Part shown: positions 1 to 7,730 of the stretch, piece by piece
Layout of the letters: the number at the start of each line of letters is the position of its first letter
How positions within the stretch are numbered: the stretch's first letter is position 1
Virus record (IMG/VR): IMGVR_UViG_3300033407_000057
Coordinates: 1 to 39,494 of that record
Source of the DNA: a virus
Taxonomy: Duplodnaviria > Caudoviricetes
Reading direction: 5' to 3' (one strand)
Length of the DNA: 39,494 nucleotides
The notes under the pieces: model-generated
What the model saw: the letters and a program-made list of their open reading frames with translations, nothing else
What the model was told of the DNA's origin: nothing
Databases searched by the model: none
Translations under genes and position numbers: made by a program

Positions 1-109
1 CTCTGAGGTGCGTGCCGGCCACTCACGGTGGCGGGTCGATGGACAAAGTGGGCAGACGCGCCACATGGGCGCACCGTCTCTGATGCGCCCATCTACCGAG
101 GAGAACTAG

Positions 110-141
110 CGAGCCTCGCCGATCGAAACCGGCGAGGCTCG
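110..141 (-). terminator. Strong hairpin, probable terminator of the leftward operon
   Basis: CGAGCCTCGCCG-(8 nt)-CGGCGAGGCTCG is a perfect 12-bp stem 6 nt after the stop of 148..447. A second inverted repeat (ATGGGCGCA/TGCGCCCAT) lies at 65-92. Confidence 0.65.
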
Positions 142-147
142 GTGGCC

Positions 148-447
148 CTACTCCGCTGCCGTCACTGCAACGAGCCGGTCGGTGACCTGTGCGATCACCA
201 ACCAGTCCGACACCTTGCCAGACTTCGTGGCGACCTTGATCGCCTGTCCCGCCTTGACCTTCCCGACGCTGTTCAGGGTGACGAGCCGGACCTCCTCGGT
301 TTCAGCCTTGAGGCTGAAGTGAGCATCGGCTCCACCTTGCTTCGCCTTCGTCGCTTTCGTCGGAGTCGGCTCATCTCCTACTGCGCCCTGTACTGCTGCG
401 GCGACCATTGCCGCCACCTTCTCTAGATCTGCTGTCGTGAGTGCCAT
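148..447 (-). CDS. Hypothetical phage protein (99 aa)
   Basis: ATG with upstream AGGAG RBS; ends just before the terminator hairpin. Confidence 0.75.
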   Translation of the reverse strand: MALTTADLEKVAAMVAAAVQGAVGDEPTPTKATKAKQGGADAHFSLKAETEEVRLVTLNSVGKVKAGQAIKVATKSGKVSDWLVIAQVTDRLVAVTAAE

Positions 448-582
448 TGTCGTTGCTCCTGTCGTTGTGGCTCGGGGCGTCTCCCCTAGCCGTTGTTGCC
501 ATGATCCCTGTCGTGACTTGCCCAGGAGGCGTTGTTCTGCCGCTGGGAACCCTGTGGTGGGGGGTTGACCAGGACTATGCCG

Positions 583-894
583 TCAGCCCTTTAGGGAGAG
601 CCCGGCAGAGAGTGCAGCGCCCATCAGGGTGTGTCGGTCGACCCCTGACACGCTGATGTGGTGCCACCCTGTCCCTGAGCTGGTGAGGTAGACCGGCGGG
701 GTCTGCCCTAGCCTCGCCTTCAACTCGGCGGCGAGGTCGTTCGCCAGGTCGATGGCGTCGTAGTAGGACTTGCGGACCTCGATGGTGAGATCACCTGTTG
801 GCGTTCTGGGCATGACCCGCTCTCCTACCGATTGGGCCACCCCGGTCCTGCTGAGCGCCTCGTCCATCCTGTCGTAGAGGTCTTGCTTGACCAT
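583..894 (-). CDS. Hypothetical phage protein (103 aa, MVKQDLYDRM...)
   Basis: Start moved to ATG 894, which follows a GAAGGGAG RBS; typical high-GC3 codon usage. Confidence 0.7.
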   Translation of the reverse strand: MVKQDLYDRMDEALSRTGVAQSVGERVMPRTPTGDLTIEVRKSYYDAIDLANDLAAELKARLGQTPPVYLTSSGTGWHHISVSGVDRHTLMGAALSAGLSLKG

Positions 895-1009
895 GTGCCT
901 TGCTCCCTTCTGGACCGGCATCTCCGGTCGGTTGCCACGCTCCCATCCGTGACGTGCCCTGGCGGTGGTGGAGTGGAGGAGCAGCCACCCCACCACCGCC
1001 GTCCAGGGA

Positions 1010-1324
1010 CTATGCCCAGTCGTAGGTGCCTTCGAGGTAGCCCTCGGGCTGGGACGAGTCCTCGATGGCCCCGAGCCGCTTGCGTAGGGATTCCATCGAG
1101 TCGAGCGCCACTCGGACGCTCCCCTCCAGGACCTCCATGCGGTCGGACACCTTGCCTACCTCGAAGTCGAGGCTGGAGATGTCACCTCGCATCATGCGCT
1201 CGGTGTCGCTGAGGTCTTGCTCGACGGCGCCGAGAGCGTTCTCCATGCGCTCGGCGATGACCTCTGCCTGGCTCTCCAGGGTGTCGATGTGGTGTACCAG
1301 GGCTCGTGTCGTCTCGATGTTCAT
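1010..1324 (-). CDS. Coiled-coil hypothetical protein (104 aa)
   Basis: Heptad-like acidic/hydrophobic pattern; ATGA overlap with the upstream gene. Confidence 0.75.
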   Translation of the reverse strand: MNIETTRALVHHIDTLESQAEVIAERMENALGAVEQDLSDTERMMRGDISSLDFEVGKVSDRMEVLEGSVRVALDSMESLRKRLGAIEDSSQPEGYLEGTYDWA

Positions 1325-1500
1325 GTCAGTGTTCCTCTCGATAGTGCTGATAGCAGGTGGATGGTGAAGTAGGTGATGGTCACGAAGGCCAGGAATAGGA
1401 CGCGCTCGGCGAACGTCAACCGCTGGGGGTGTAGGACGACGAAGGCCACGAGAGCCACGATGGCCCCGATGATGGCCCCCTCGACGACGCCGTACACCAT
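1321..1500 (-). CDS. Small two-TM membrane protein (59 aa, MVYGVVEGAIIGAIVALVAFVVLHPQRLTFAERVLFLAFVTITYFTIHLLSALSRGTLT); not in the ORF track
   Basis: Translated by hand; TGATG and ATGA overlaps with both neighbours; two hydrophobic segments. Confidence 0.7.
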   Translation of the reverse strand: MVYGVVEGAIIGAIVALVAFVVLHPQRLTFAERVLFLAFVTITYFTIHLLSALSRGTLT

Positions 1501-1715
1501 CAGCCGGAGCCGGAGCCGGAGCCGGAGCCGGTGCCGGAGCCGGTGCCGGAGCCGGTGCCGGAGCCGTAGCCGGAGCCGTCGCCGGAGCCGGAGCTGAAGC
1601 CGTAGCCGGAGCCGTCGCCGGTGCCGGTGCCGGAGCCGGAGCCGGAGCCGTAGCCGGAGCCGGAGCTGAAGCCGTAGCCGTGGCCGTAGCCGTAGCCGTA
1701 GTCGTAGCCGGTCAT
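1500..1715 (-). CDS. Gly-X (GY/GS/GT/GD) repeat peptide, 71 aa
   Basis: (GGC NNC)n hexamer repeat; its ATG overlaps the TGA of 1712..2050 and its TGA overlaps the ATG of the next gene. Confidence 0.6.
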   Translation of the reverse strand: MTGYDYGYGYGHGYGFSSGSGYGSGSGSGTGTGDGSGYGFSSGSGDGSGYGSGTGSGTGSGTGSGSGSGSG

Positions 1716-2050
1716 TCCGACCACTCCTCGACGCTGGCGATCGACTGGACCGCCACGGTGGTCATCGGGATCACTTCACACACCCCGAGTACCTCGATGG
1801 ATGGGACAGCGACCGGGAACTTGCAAGCCGTCGGCTTGGTCGTCCCTTCGGTTGCCAGTTGGCTGAGAGTGGCGGCACCCTCCCACCACCAGATGCGCCG
1901 GGCATCGGCGAGGGTCACGACGTCGCCGTCTCGACCTCGGAACCGACCGGCGAACACTCCGGCGTCCCTCGACCGGACCATCACCCACTCGTCGTCCAGC
2001 TCTGCCTTCGGGGTGTAGACCACACCGTCAATCATCACTTCTTGCTTCAT
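1712..2050 (-). CDS. DUF6948-like small beta-barrel phage protein
   Basis: Motif VMVRSRDAGVFAG...VTLADARRIWWWEGAATLSQLA...EVIP matches my recollection of this phage family, which is often followed by a GYGDG repeat. Confidence 0.7.
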   Translation of the reverse strand: MKQEVMIDGVVYTPKAELDDEWVMVRSRDAGVFAGRFRGRDGDVVTLADARRIWWWEGAATLSQLATEGTTKPTACKFPVAVPSIEVLGVCEVIPMTTVAVQSIASVEEWSE

Positions 2051-2178
2051 CGCTGTTCTCCTTCTGGTTCTTCTTCGGGTTCGTCGTCGTCGTCGTCGTA
2101 GAGCGAGTAGGCCACGGCAGCCAGGTTCATGGCCGCGTATCCGGCCCAGAGCAGCGCCGAAGGGGTGTCGATCGGCAC
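2047..2178 (-). CDS. Small membrane peptide with acidic tail (43 aa, MPIDTPSALLWAGYAAMNLAAVAYSLYDDDDDEPEEEPEGEQR); not in the ORF track
   Basis: Translated by hand; fills the gap between 2180 and 2050 with an ATGA overlap. Confidence 0.55.
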   Translation of the reverse strand: MPIDTPSALLWAGYAAMNLAAVAYSLYDDDDDEPEEEPEGEQR

Positions 2179-2179
2179 A

Positions 2180-2518
2180 TCACCCGACCTCCACGACGCC
2201 GTCGAGGTTCTCAAGTTCCTCGATGATGTAGCGGCGCAGGCCCTCCTCGGTCCGCTCGTTGGGGTCGAAGTCGATCGTCAGGGTGATGACGGTGGACTCG
2301 GTGTCGTGGAGTGGTTCGTAGCCGAGCAGGTCGCGGATCTCGTTGACGACCTGCTTCTGCTCCTCGTCGTAGTCGCTCCACCCCTCGGTGGTGCTCTCCT
2401 CGACGCTTGTGATTCTCGTCAGGAGCCTCTCCTCCAGCCGAGCGGCTCTCTCGATCTGGCCCTCCAGTTCGGTGATCCTCTGGTGGGCTTCCATCCCTAT
2501 GGCTGGTGTGTCGGTCAT
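2180..2518 (-). CDS. Hypothetical acidic protein (112 aa)
   Basis: ATGA-coupled to 2515..3687; GGGAGA RBS. Confidence 0.75.
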   Translation of the reverse strand: MTDTPAIGMEAHQRITELEGQIERAARLEERLLTRITSVEESTTEGWSDYDEEQKQVVNEIRDLLGYEPLHDTESTVITLTIDFDPNERTEEGLRRYIIEELENLDGVVEVG

Positions 2519-3687
2519 CGCCTGTCTCCCTTCGTTGCTCTCATCGCCTCGGCGATGGTGCCGTACATGGTGACATCGTGGGCCAGGATGGCCTCGGTGA
2601 ACTCCCTTCGTTGGTGCTCCATGAGCCCTTCATCGCCGGTGTAGGTGTATCCCTGGTCGGTGATGTAGACGTGGGGTGGCTTCTGTCGGAGCAGCCACTC
2701 CACCGCTGGGCCGTCGACGACGTTTCCTCCTTCGGGGCAGTAGTGCTCGACGTCGGATACCCGACCCTGGTCGGCCACGACGGTGAGCGTGCCGTGACGT
2801 CCCTCGCCGCTGTATGCGGCGATCTTCCCTGCCGGGTAGAGCGCTGCCATCTCCAGGACATCTCCGGGGGTCAGACCCATCGACCCTGATGCGTCGATGA
2901 GCACCGTACCCACGTCCCTCGGAACGCGGCGACCGAAGATGGCGCCGTCGATGGCGTAGCGAGCCCAGCGGTAGGGGACCGAGCCCTCGGCGACCGGCCG
3001 CTTCACCCTGGCCCGCCGTCGGGGATGGACCAGGGGTGGTGTGACGACCCTCATGCGGCCCCACTCTCCCTCACCGGGGCCCTCGGGTATGCGGCGTGGG
3101 GTTGTCCCCTCACCTTCCTCGTCACCTTCCTCCTCGGTCCGCTCCAGCAGCTCCCTGAGCTGTCGGATGTAGTCGTCGATCTGACGCATCGTGTAGAACA
3201 CGTTGCCGGGCCGGGTGGCCTGGTCGAAGTAGTCGGCGTGGAGGACTTCGACCATCTGGGTGAGGATCTCAGTGACATCGCGCTCCCTGGCCCCGGTGAC
3301 CGTACAGAACCGACCGATCCACACCCCGATGGAGTCCTCGTCGCGATGCACCACCGCAGCACAGCCCGCCGCCGTGGCGATAGCCGGATCGTCGGTACCC
3401 CACCCGATGGAATGATCCGCGCCTCCTGGCTCACCGAGTTCGTAGTGACCGACGCTCGCAGCGAGGGTGACGTCCCTCGCTGCCCTCGCCACCACCCGGT
3501 GGGAGTCACTATTGTCGAAGATGTACTCGTCGGTGAGCCCCTTCTTCGCTGCGACCAGGACCTCCATGCGGCGGTCTGCGGCACAGGAGTAGGCCCCGGT
3601 CGTGCTGAGGCTCACCCCGAACGTCGGTGCTCCCCGAGCGGCTACGGGGCCTCCGGCTGGGATCTGGACGAAGGTCGCCTGCTTCAT
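2515..3687 (-). CDS. vWA (MIDAS)-domain partner of the AAA+ ATPase
   Basis: C-terminal VLIDASGSM (DxSxS) and YITD motifs after an acidic linker; directly downstream of a MoxR-like ATPase. Confidence 0.75.
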   Translation of the reverse strand: MKQATFVQIPAGGPVAARGAPTFGVSLSTTGAYSCAADRRMEVLVAAKKGLTDEYIFDNSDSHRVVARAARDVTLAASVGHYELGEPGGADHSIGWGTDDPAIATAAGCAAVVHRDEDSIGVWIGRFCTVTGARERDVTEILTQMVEVLHADYFDQATRPGNVFYTMRQIDDYIRQLRELLERTEEEGDEEGEGTTPRRIPEGPGEGEWGRMRVVTPPLVHPRRRARVKRPVAEGSVPYRWARYAIDGAIFGRRVPRDVGTVLIDASGSMGLTPGDVLEMAALYPAGKIAAYSGEGRHGTLTVVADQGRVSDVEHYCPEGGNVVDGPAVEWLLRQKPPHVYITDQGYTYTGDEGLMEHQRREFTEAILAHDVTMYGTIAEAMRATKGDRR

Positions 3688-4430
3688 ACCATCCCCTCTC
3701 CCTCGACGTTGTCGTCCACCCTCATCGCGTCGGCGATGCCGGAGGCTCGCTGTTCGCCGAGCACCGTGTTCAGGGCTTCCTCCAGCCCGACCCCGACGTC
3801 TCGTAGGCGCTTGACCATGAACCAGCGGCGGATGTCCACCCGGTCGCTGGAGGTCGACGCGACGGTGGCCGCCACCACCGGGGCCATGTCGGAGGGGAAG
3901 TGGTTCAGCACCGAGGGGTCGGGGCTGACGACGGGGAACTCCACGAAGCGGGACTGGATCGCCTCTCTCATGTAGTGCAGCGCCGAGTTCGTGGTCGCCA
4001 CGATCTCGATGTTGGCCGACCCCACGATGGTGTCTCCGTTGGGCAGGGTGATGGTGCCCAACGATCCCTCCAAGATGACGTGGAGCAGGTCCATGACATC
4101 AGGTCCGGCGTGGTCGATCTCCTGGAGGATGAGTCGGCCGCCGTAGCGGAAGATCGCCGAGGCGGGGCCGTCCTGCCACACGAAGTCCCCGCCCTTGGGG
4201 ATGTAGTGCCCCCTCAGCTCGGCGGCAGGTGTCTCGTCGGTCAGGGTGATGTCGGCCGGTCGGTTGACCTGGGGGTCGACCGTCTTGGTGGCCAGGGTCC
4301 GGGCGAGGTGGCTCTTGCCTGTCCCCGGAGGACCGGAGAGCAGGACGGGAATCCCGGCCTCCAGTGCGTTGGTGACCCGACGGCCCAGATCGTTCCAGTT
4401 GTTGGCCAGGGTGGTGACGTGTGACTCCAT
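3684..4430 (-). CDS. MoxR/CbbQ-like AAA+ ATPase (248 aa)
   Basis: Walker A GPPGTGKS, ELRGHY...FVWQDGP, Walker B variant LILQEID, ATTN sensor I, AIQSRF arginine finger; start at ATG 4430 (TAATG overlap). Confidence 0.88.
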   Translation of the reverse strand: MESHVTTLANNWNDLGRRVTNALEAGIPVLLSGPPGTGKSHLARTLATKTVDPQVNRPADITLTDETPAAELRGHYIPKGGDFVWQDGPASAIFRYGGRLILQEIDHAGPDVMDLLHVILEGSLGTITLPNGDTIVGSANIEIVATTNSALHYMREAIQSRFVEFPVVSPDPSVLNHFPSDMAPVVAATVASTSSDRVDIRRWFMVKRLRDVGVGLEEALNTVLGEQRASGIADAMRVDDNVEGEGMV

Positions 4431-4888
4431 TACAGGTTCTCCTCTGTGTCGAAGGTGATGTGATCCGGTGCTGCCATGTGGGAGAGCCACTCGGTGACCG
4501 ACTCCTCGATGATCCTCACTGCCTCGGGGCTGCCCAGCTCAGGTATGTGGACGGCTGCCACTCCCATGAGTCCGCCCGTCAACGCCTTGGTGCTTTCGAT
4601 CCCGTTGCGCAGGTGGGCAGCGGCGGCCTCCAGGGCTTCGACCATCCCAACCAGCCGGTTGATGGTGGTCTTGAGGAGGTCCAGGTCGTCGTTCGCCATG
4701 ACCTCGACGTAGCCATCGAGGGTTCCCTCGATGGGTGCGACGGCAGCCTCCAGCGCCTCCACCAGCAGGGTGTACGACGCCATGAACGTCGCCTTGTCCT
4801 TCTCGGGCTCGACGAGCAGGCGCTTGTTGCAGTCCACTGCCACCGCCGAGAACAGCTCCTTATAGGTCAGATCCTTCGGTATGTTCAT
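4430..4888 (-). CDS. Hypothetical helical protein (152 aa, MNIPKDLTYKEL...), first gene of the leftward operon
   Basis: Start at ATG 4888 after GAAGGGAGCAAGGAG; the upstream extension in the ORF track runs through the regulatory region. Confidence 0.7.
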   Translation of the reverse strand: MNIPKDLTYKELFSAVAVDCNKRLLVEPEKDKATFMASYTLLVEALEAAVAPIEGTLDGYVEVMANDDLDLLKTTINRLVGMVEALEAAAAHLRNGIESTKALTGGLMGVAAVHIPELGSPEAVRIIEESVTEWLSHMAAPDHITFDTEENL

Positions 4889-5026
4889 CTCCTTGCTCCC
4901 TTCTCCCCTAGCGGGCCTTCCGCTGTGGGACGTCACCATCCCAGGCGTGACTTGACCAGGGCCGGGCGTGTGCGATCGCGGTGCGCTCTCTGTGATCCCG
5001 ACTCGGAAGATGCCCGCCGCTCTGCC

Positions 5027-5065
5027 CGAACGTGTGTTCGGTCGGGGTGGGCGAACGTGTGTTCG
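5027..5065. promoter_or_regulatory. Two tandem LexA-type SOS boxes (CGAAC-GTGT-GTTCG)
   Basis: Identical palindromes at 5027-5040 and 5052-5065 match the Gram-positive/actinobacterial LexA consensus CGAAC-N4-GTTCG and sit in the divergent intergenic region. Confidence 0.75.
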
Positions 5066-5143
5066 GTGGGCTGCGTTTCCCCAGGTCAGCGCCGGTTTCC
5101 GGTCGGGGCTTGACACGGCGTGGTACGTTGGTGGCACCCCGTT

Positions 5144-5177
5144 GTCCACCCGTCCACCCACCCGTCCACCCACCGTC
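5144..5177 (+). repeat. Short direct repeats GTCCACCC x3 in the divergent control region
   Basis: Copies at 5144, 5152 and 5164, downstream of a TTGACA hexamer at 5110-5115. Confidence 0.6.
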
Positions 5178-5205
5178 TTACCCAACCACAACGAAGGGAG
5201 TCTAC

Positions 5206-5454
5206 TTGCACACGGACAAGGACTTCATCACACAGGTGATCGAGCTGACGAAGGCCGCCGAAGCCAAGGATTGGGAGGCCCTCTACCTGGAGGTCGAAGC
5301 GGCGGTGCCGTCGGAGAGCCGCGAGATCATCGAGTTCATCGGCGTGCTCGTCATCTGGGCATCCATCCTGATGCGCCATCTCGCCAAGCACAGGGACATC
5401 CCTGCCGCCGAGGTCATGGACCAGGTGGCAGCCGCTTTCAGAAAGGAGGAATGA
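5206..5454 (+). CDS. Hypothetical protein (82 aa, MHTDKDFITQV...)
   Basis: TTG start after GAAGGGAG RBS; first gene of the rightward operon. Confidence 0.7.
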   Translation: MHTDKDFITQVIELTKAAEAKDWEALYLEVEAAVPSESREIIEFIGVLVIWASILMRHLAKHRDIPAAEVMDQVAAAFRKEE

Positions 5455-5457
5455 CTC

Positions 5458-5670
5458 ATGGAGATCGAGTTCGTCACACCGAAGGAACGGTTCTCCTGGC
5501 CCGAGGTCCTCGCCCAGTTGAACTCCCGACCGGGTGAGTGGGGGATCGTCCGCACCTCTGCAACCATCAACGCAGCCGCCTCGACGAGGGTGTATCTCCG
5601 CCGCTCCTACGGCAAGGACTACGAGTTCCGCACATCAGGGCGGGACGTGTTGGCTCGCAGGAAGCTGTGA
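5458..5670 (+). CDS. Small actinophage-type protein, possibly DNA-binding
   Basis: AAGGAGG RBS; W...L.SRPGEW..V...YEFRT...V.AR pattern resembles common actinophage small proteins. Confidence 0.7.
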   Translation: MEIEFVTPKERFSWPEVLAQLNSRPGEWGIVRTSATINAAASTRVYLRRSYGKDYEFRTSGRDVLARRKL

Positions 5671-6011
5671 GCAGAAAGGACGCCTCCGTGTCCGACTACG
5701 CACACCCCCAGGACCTCGATGCCGATACCTTGATGTGTCGCACCGTGGCCCATCAGTGGGACGAGTTCACACCCATCAACAAGCGCCCTCCCTCCTTCGG
5801 GTGGCGGATGTCCTTCCGCTGCCTGAGATGTGGGGCCGAGCGCCACGACATCTACGACTCCTTCGGGGACGTGGCCTCCCGCCAGTACGTCTACGGCCCG
5901 TCGTGGGTGAAGCTCGACAAGGAGGTCCGGCGCCACGATCTGAGGGTGAACCTCCACAGCAGACGCCGGGTCTTGGCCCGACGCAGCAAGCGGAAGAAGG
6001 TGGTCGCATGA
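5667..6011 (+). CDS. Putative Zn-binding actinophage protein
   Basis: C-x4-H-x-W...CLRC...RQYVY motif; GTGA overlap with the previous stop (alternative start 5688). Confidence 0.7.
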   Translation: MSRKDASVSDYAHPQDLDADTLMCRTVAHQWDEFTPINKRPPSFGWRMSFRCLRCGAERHDIYDSFGDVASRQYVYGPSWVKLDKEVRRHDLRVNLHSRRRVLARRSKRKKVVA

Positions 6012-6241
6012 AGACCCAATGGACTGTCGGCGGTAGGGTCCGAGCGGGCCAGACCGTCGTGGTCGAACCCGATCGCCTCCTCACCGTCGCACGGATCACC
6101 CAGGGCCAGGGGCGACCGCCGCGGCGAGGTCCCAACGTCGTGCTCTGGCCATCGAGCGGGCCTCCTGGTCACATGGTCAACTCGATGGACCCCGTTCGAG
6201 TAGTTGCCGATGTACGGCCCGCCAATCCATCCTCGGGGTAG
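6008..6241 (+). CDS. Hypothetical protein (77 aa)
   Basis: ATGA overlap with the previous gene; 3' end overlaps the convergent HNH gene. Confidence 0.5.
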   Translation: MKTQWTVGGRVRAGQTVVVEPDRLLTVARITQGQGRPPRRGPNVVLWPSSGPPGHMVNSMDPVRVVADVRPANPSSG

Positions 6242-6503
6242 GGCGGGCCCGCTCGGTGAGCCTGCCCCAGCGTTCTTCGCCGATCCACCCCTTCCACTCG
6301 TCGGGGTGGGCGGTGAAGTGCGAATGGCATGGACCGCAGAGGCACACCCCGTTGTCGAGGTCGCAGCGGGTGGCGCTGTAGCGCCTGCTCACGATGTGGG
6401 CGCACTCAAGCGGCTCCGAGGCTGCGCCGCAGTGTTCGCATCTACCCCTAGCCCTGACCAGCCGGGAGTGGAGGGCGGTCGCCTTCTCCTTCCACCTATC
6501 CAT
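6177..6503 (-). CDS. NinG/Rap-like HNH endonuclease
   Basis: CEHC...ECAHIVSRR...TRCDLDNGVCLCGPCH motif; TAGGTT -10 hexamer 6 nt before the ATG (leaderless). Confidence 0.82.
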   Translation of the reverse strand: MDRWKEKATALHSRLVRARGRCEHCGAASEPLECAHIVSRRYSATRCDLDNGVCLCGPCHSHFTAHPDEWKGWIGEERWGRLTERARPTPRMDWRAVHRQLLERGPSS

Positions 6504-6554
6504 GAGAGGAACCTAGATGACCGACCCAACCACCATCACCACAAGGGAGACACC

Positions 6555-7241
6555 ATGACTGTCATTGACCGGACTGCCATCACAGAATGGTTGGACAGCC
6601 ACGAGCTGGTGCACGGGATCGGCACCGCAGAGGCTGCCTGTTCGATCTCGGCGATCAACCTGGCGTTGACCGGCAGCCTGACTGACGCCGATCCGTCAGA
6701 GTGCATGTCGCCCGTGATCCAGTCGTGGGTGGTCGGAGTTCAGGATTCGATGCCTGTCGGGATGATGGCTCGTGACGATGAGCACGGCCGCCGGTGGCGG
6801 CAGGCTCTCCCGCTGGTGGCCGGGAGTCGTGATCCTGGCCGGGAGCAGGATCGGCTCGATCTGATTCTCGTCTGGATGTGGGGTCGGTTGGGCGACGGGT
6901 GGGAGGCGTGGGTGCCGCCCGAGGCGCATGATGCGTGGCGCACCATGCTGTCCGAACGGACCGAGCAAGCCTCCGGCGCCGCCGCCGTAGCCGCCCGCGC
7001 CACCGCCGCCGCCGTAGCCGCCCGCGCCACCGCCTCCGCCGCCTCCGCCGCCGGCGCCGACTACCCCGCCGCCCGCGCCGCCGCCCGCGCCGCCTCCGCC
7101 GCCGCCGCCGACTGCGCCGCCGCCCGCGCCGCCGCCGCCGCCGGCGCCGACTACGCCGCCGCCTGCTCCACCGCCACCGCCGCCGCCGATTGGTGGGGGC
7201 GGGCCGATCCGGCCGCACTGCTCACACTTCTCGTCCGATGA
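6555..7241 (+). CDS. Phage protein with Ala-rich low-complexity C-terminal repeat (228 aa)
   Basis: Start ATG 6555 after AAGGGAG; N-terminal ACSISAIN...TD.PSECMSPVI domain; (GCC)n-rich tract at about 6975-7190. Confidence 0.8.
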   Translation: MTVIDRTAITEWLDSHELVHGIGTAEAACSISAINLALTGSLTDADPSECMSPVIQSWVVGVQDSMPVGMMARDDEHGRRWRQALPLVAGSRDPGREQDRLDLILVWMWGRLGDGWEAWVPPEAHDAWRTMLSERTEQASGAAAVAARATAAAVAARATASAASAAGADYPAARAAARAASAAAADCAAARAAAAAGADYAAACSTATAAADWWGRADPAALLTLLVR

Positions 7242-7342
7242 GCGTCGTCACCAACTTCGAGGGCTGGTTTCCCGACCGAGCCGAGCATCGCACCCTCGGG
7301 CCGACATCTTTTGGCGGTGTACCGATCCGGCCAACCTGTTGA
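7238..7342 (+). pseudogene. Truncated paralogue of 8047..8286 (MSVVTNFEGWFPDRAEHRTLGP...)
   Basis: NFEGWFPDRAEHRTLGP aligns with NFHGWFPEINEHRTLGP; similarity stops abruptly and the Cys-rich part is missing. Confidence 0.6.
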
Positions 7343-7402
7343 CCGCACTCGTGGCCACCGGAGATAGTGACCCAAACCAGAAATAAACACTAGGGAACCA
7401 TC

Positions 7403-7642
7403 ATGACCACAACCCAAGACCACACTTGCTGTGCATGCAATAAGAACGCAATAGACCTGGCCGAGTTCGTCAAGATCTGTGACCGGCTCGACGACAGGCT
7501 CAGAATGGTCGAGATCTCGGTCATGCTTTTCCGTGAGCGGCTCGACACCCGCCTCATGGCGGCCGAGATGCTGGGTTCGCTGCTCCGGGAGCGGATCGAG
7601 GATCTGGAATCGGGAATAGGAAATAACCCACCCTCCAATTAG
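7403..7642 (+). CDS. Hypothetical protein (79 aa) in a lower-GC patch
   Basis: AGGGA RBS; CCAC N-terminus followed by a coiled coil. Confidence 0.55.
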   Translation: MTTTQDHTCCACNKNAIDLAEFVKICDRLDDRLRMVEISVMLFRERLDTRLMAAEMLGSLLRERIEDLESGIGNNPPSN

Positions 7643-7730
7643 TAAGATTCACCATCAATTCGCCAAATGGGACGCTCGACCTCGCCGACCGTGTACGCAT
7701 CGACGAACGACCCTTTACGAAGGAGGATCT

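Noticed and set aside
5024-5107. Possible self-targets of array units 3 and 2 in the control region (GCcCGaACgTG at 5024 and TTcCGgTCgGG at 5097, each 7/8 under a gapped-dinucleotide reading)
   Set aside because: Seven informative bases are expected several times by chance in 39 kb, the matches were found post hoc, and units 1 and 4 have no comparable match nearby. Needs a systematic search with shuffled controls.
6655-7342. Poly-Arg ORFs
   Set aside because: Alternative frames of the GCC-rich Ala tract.
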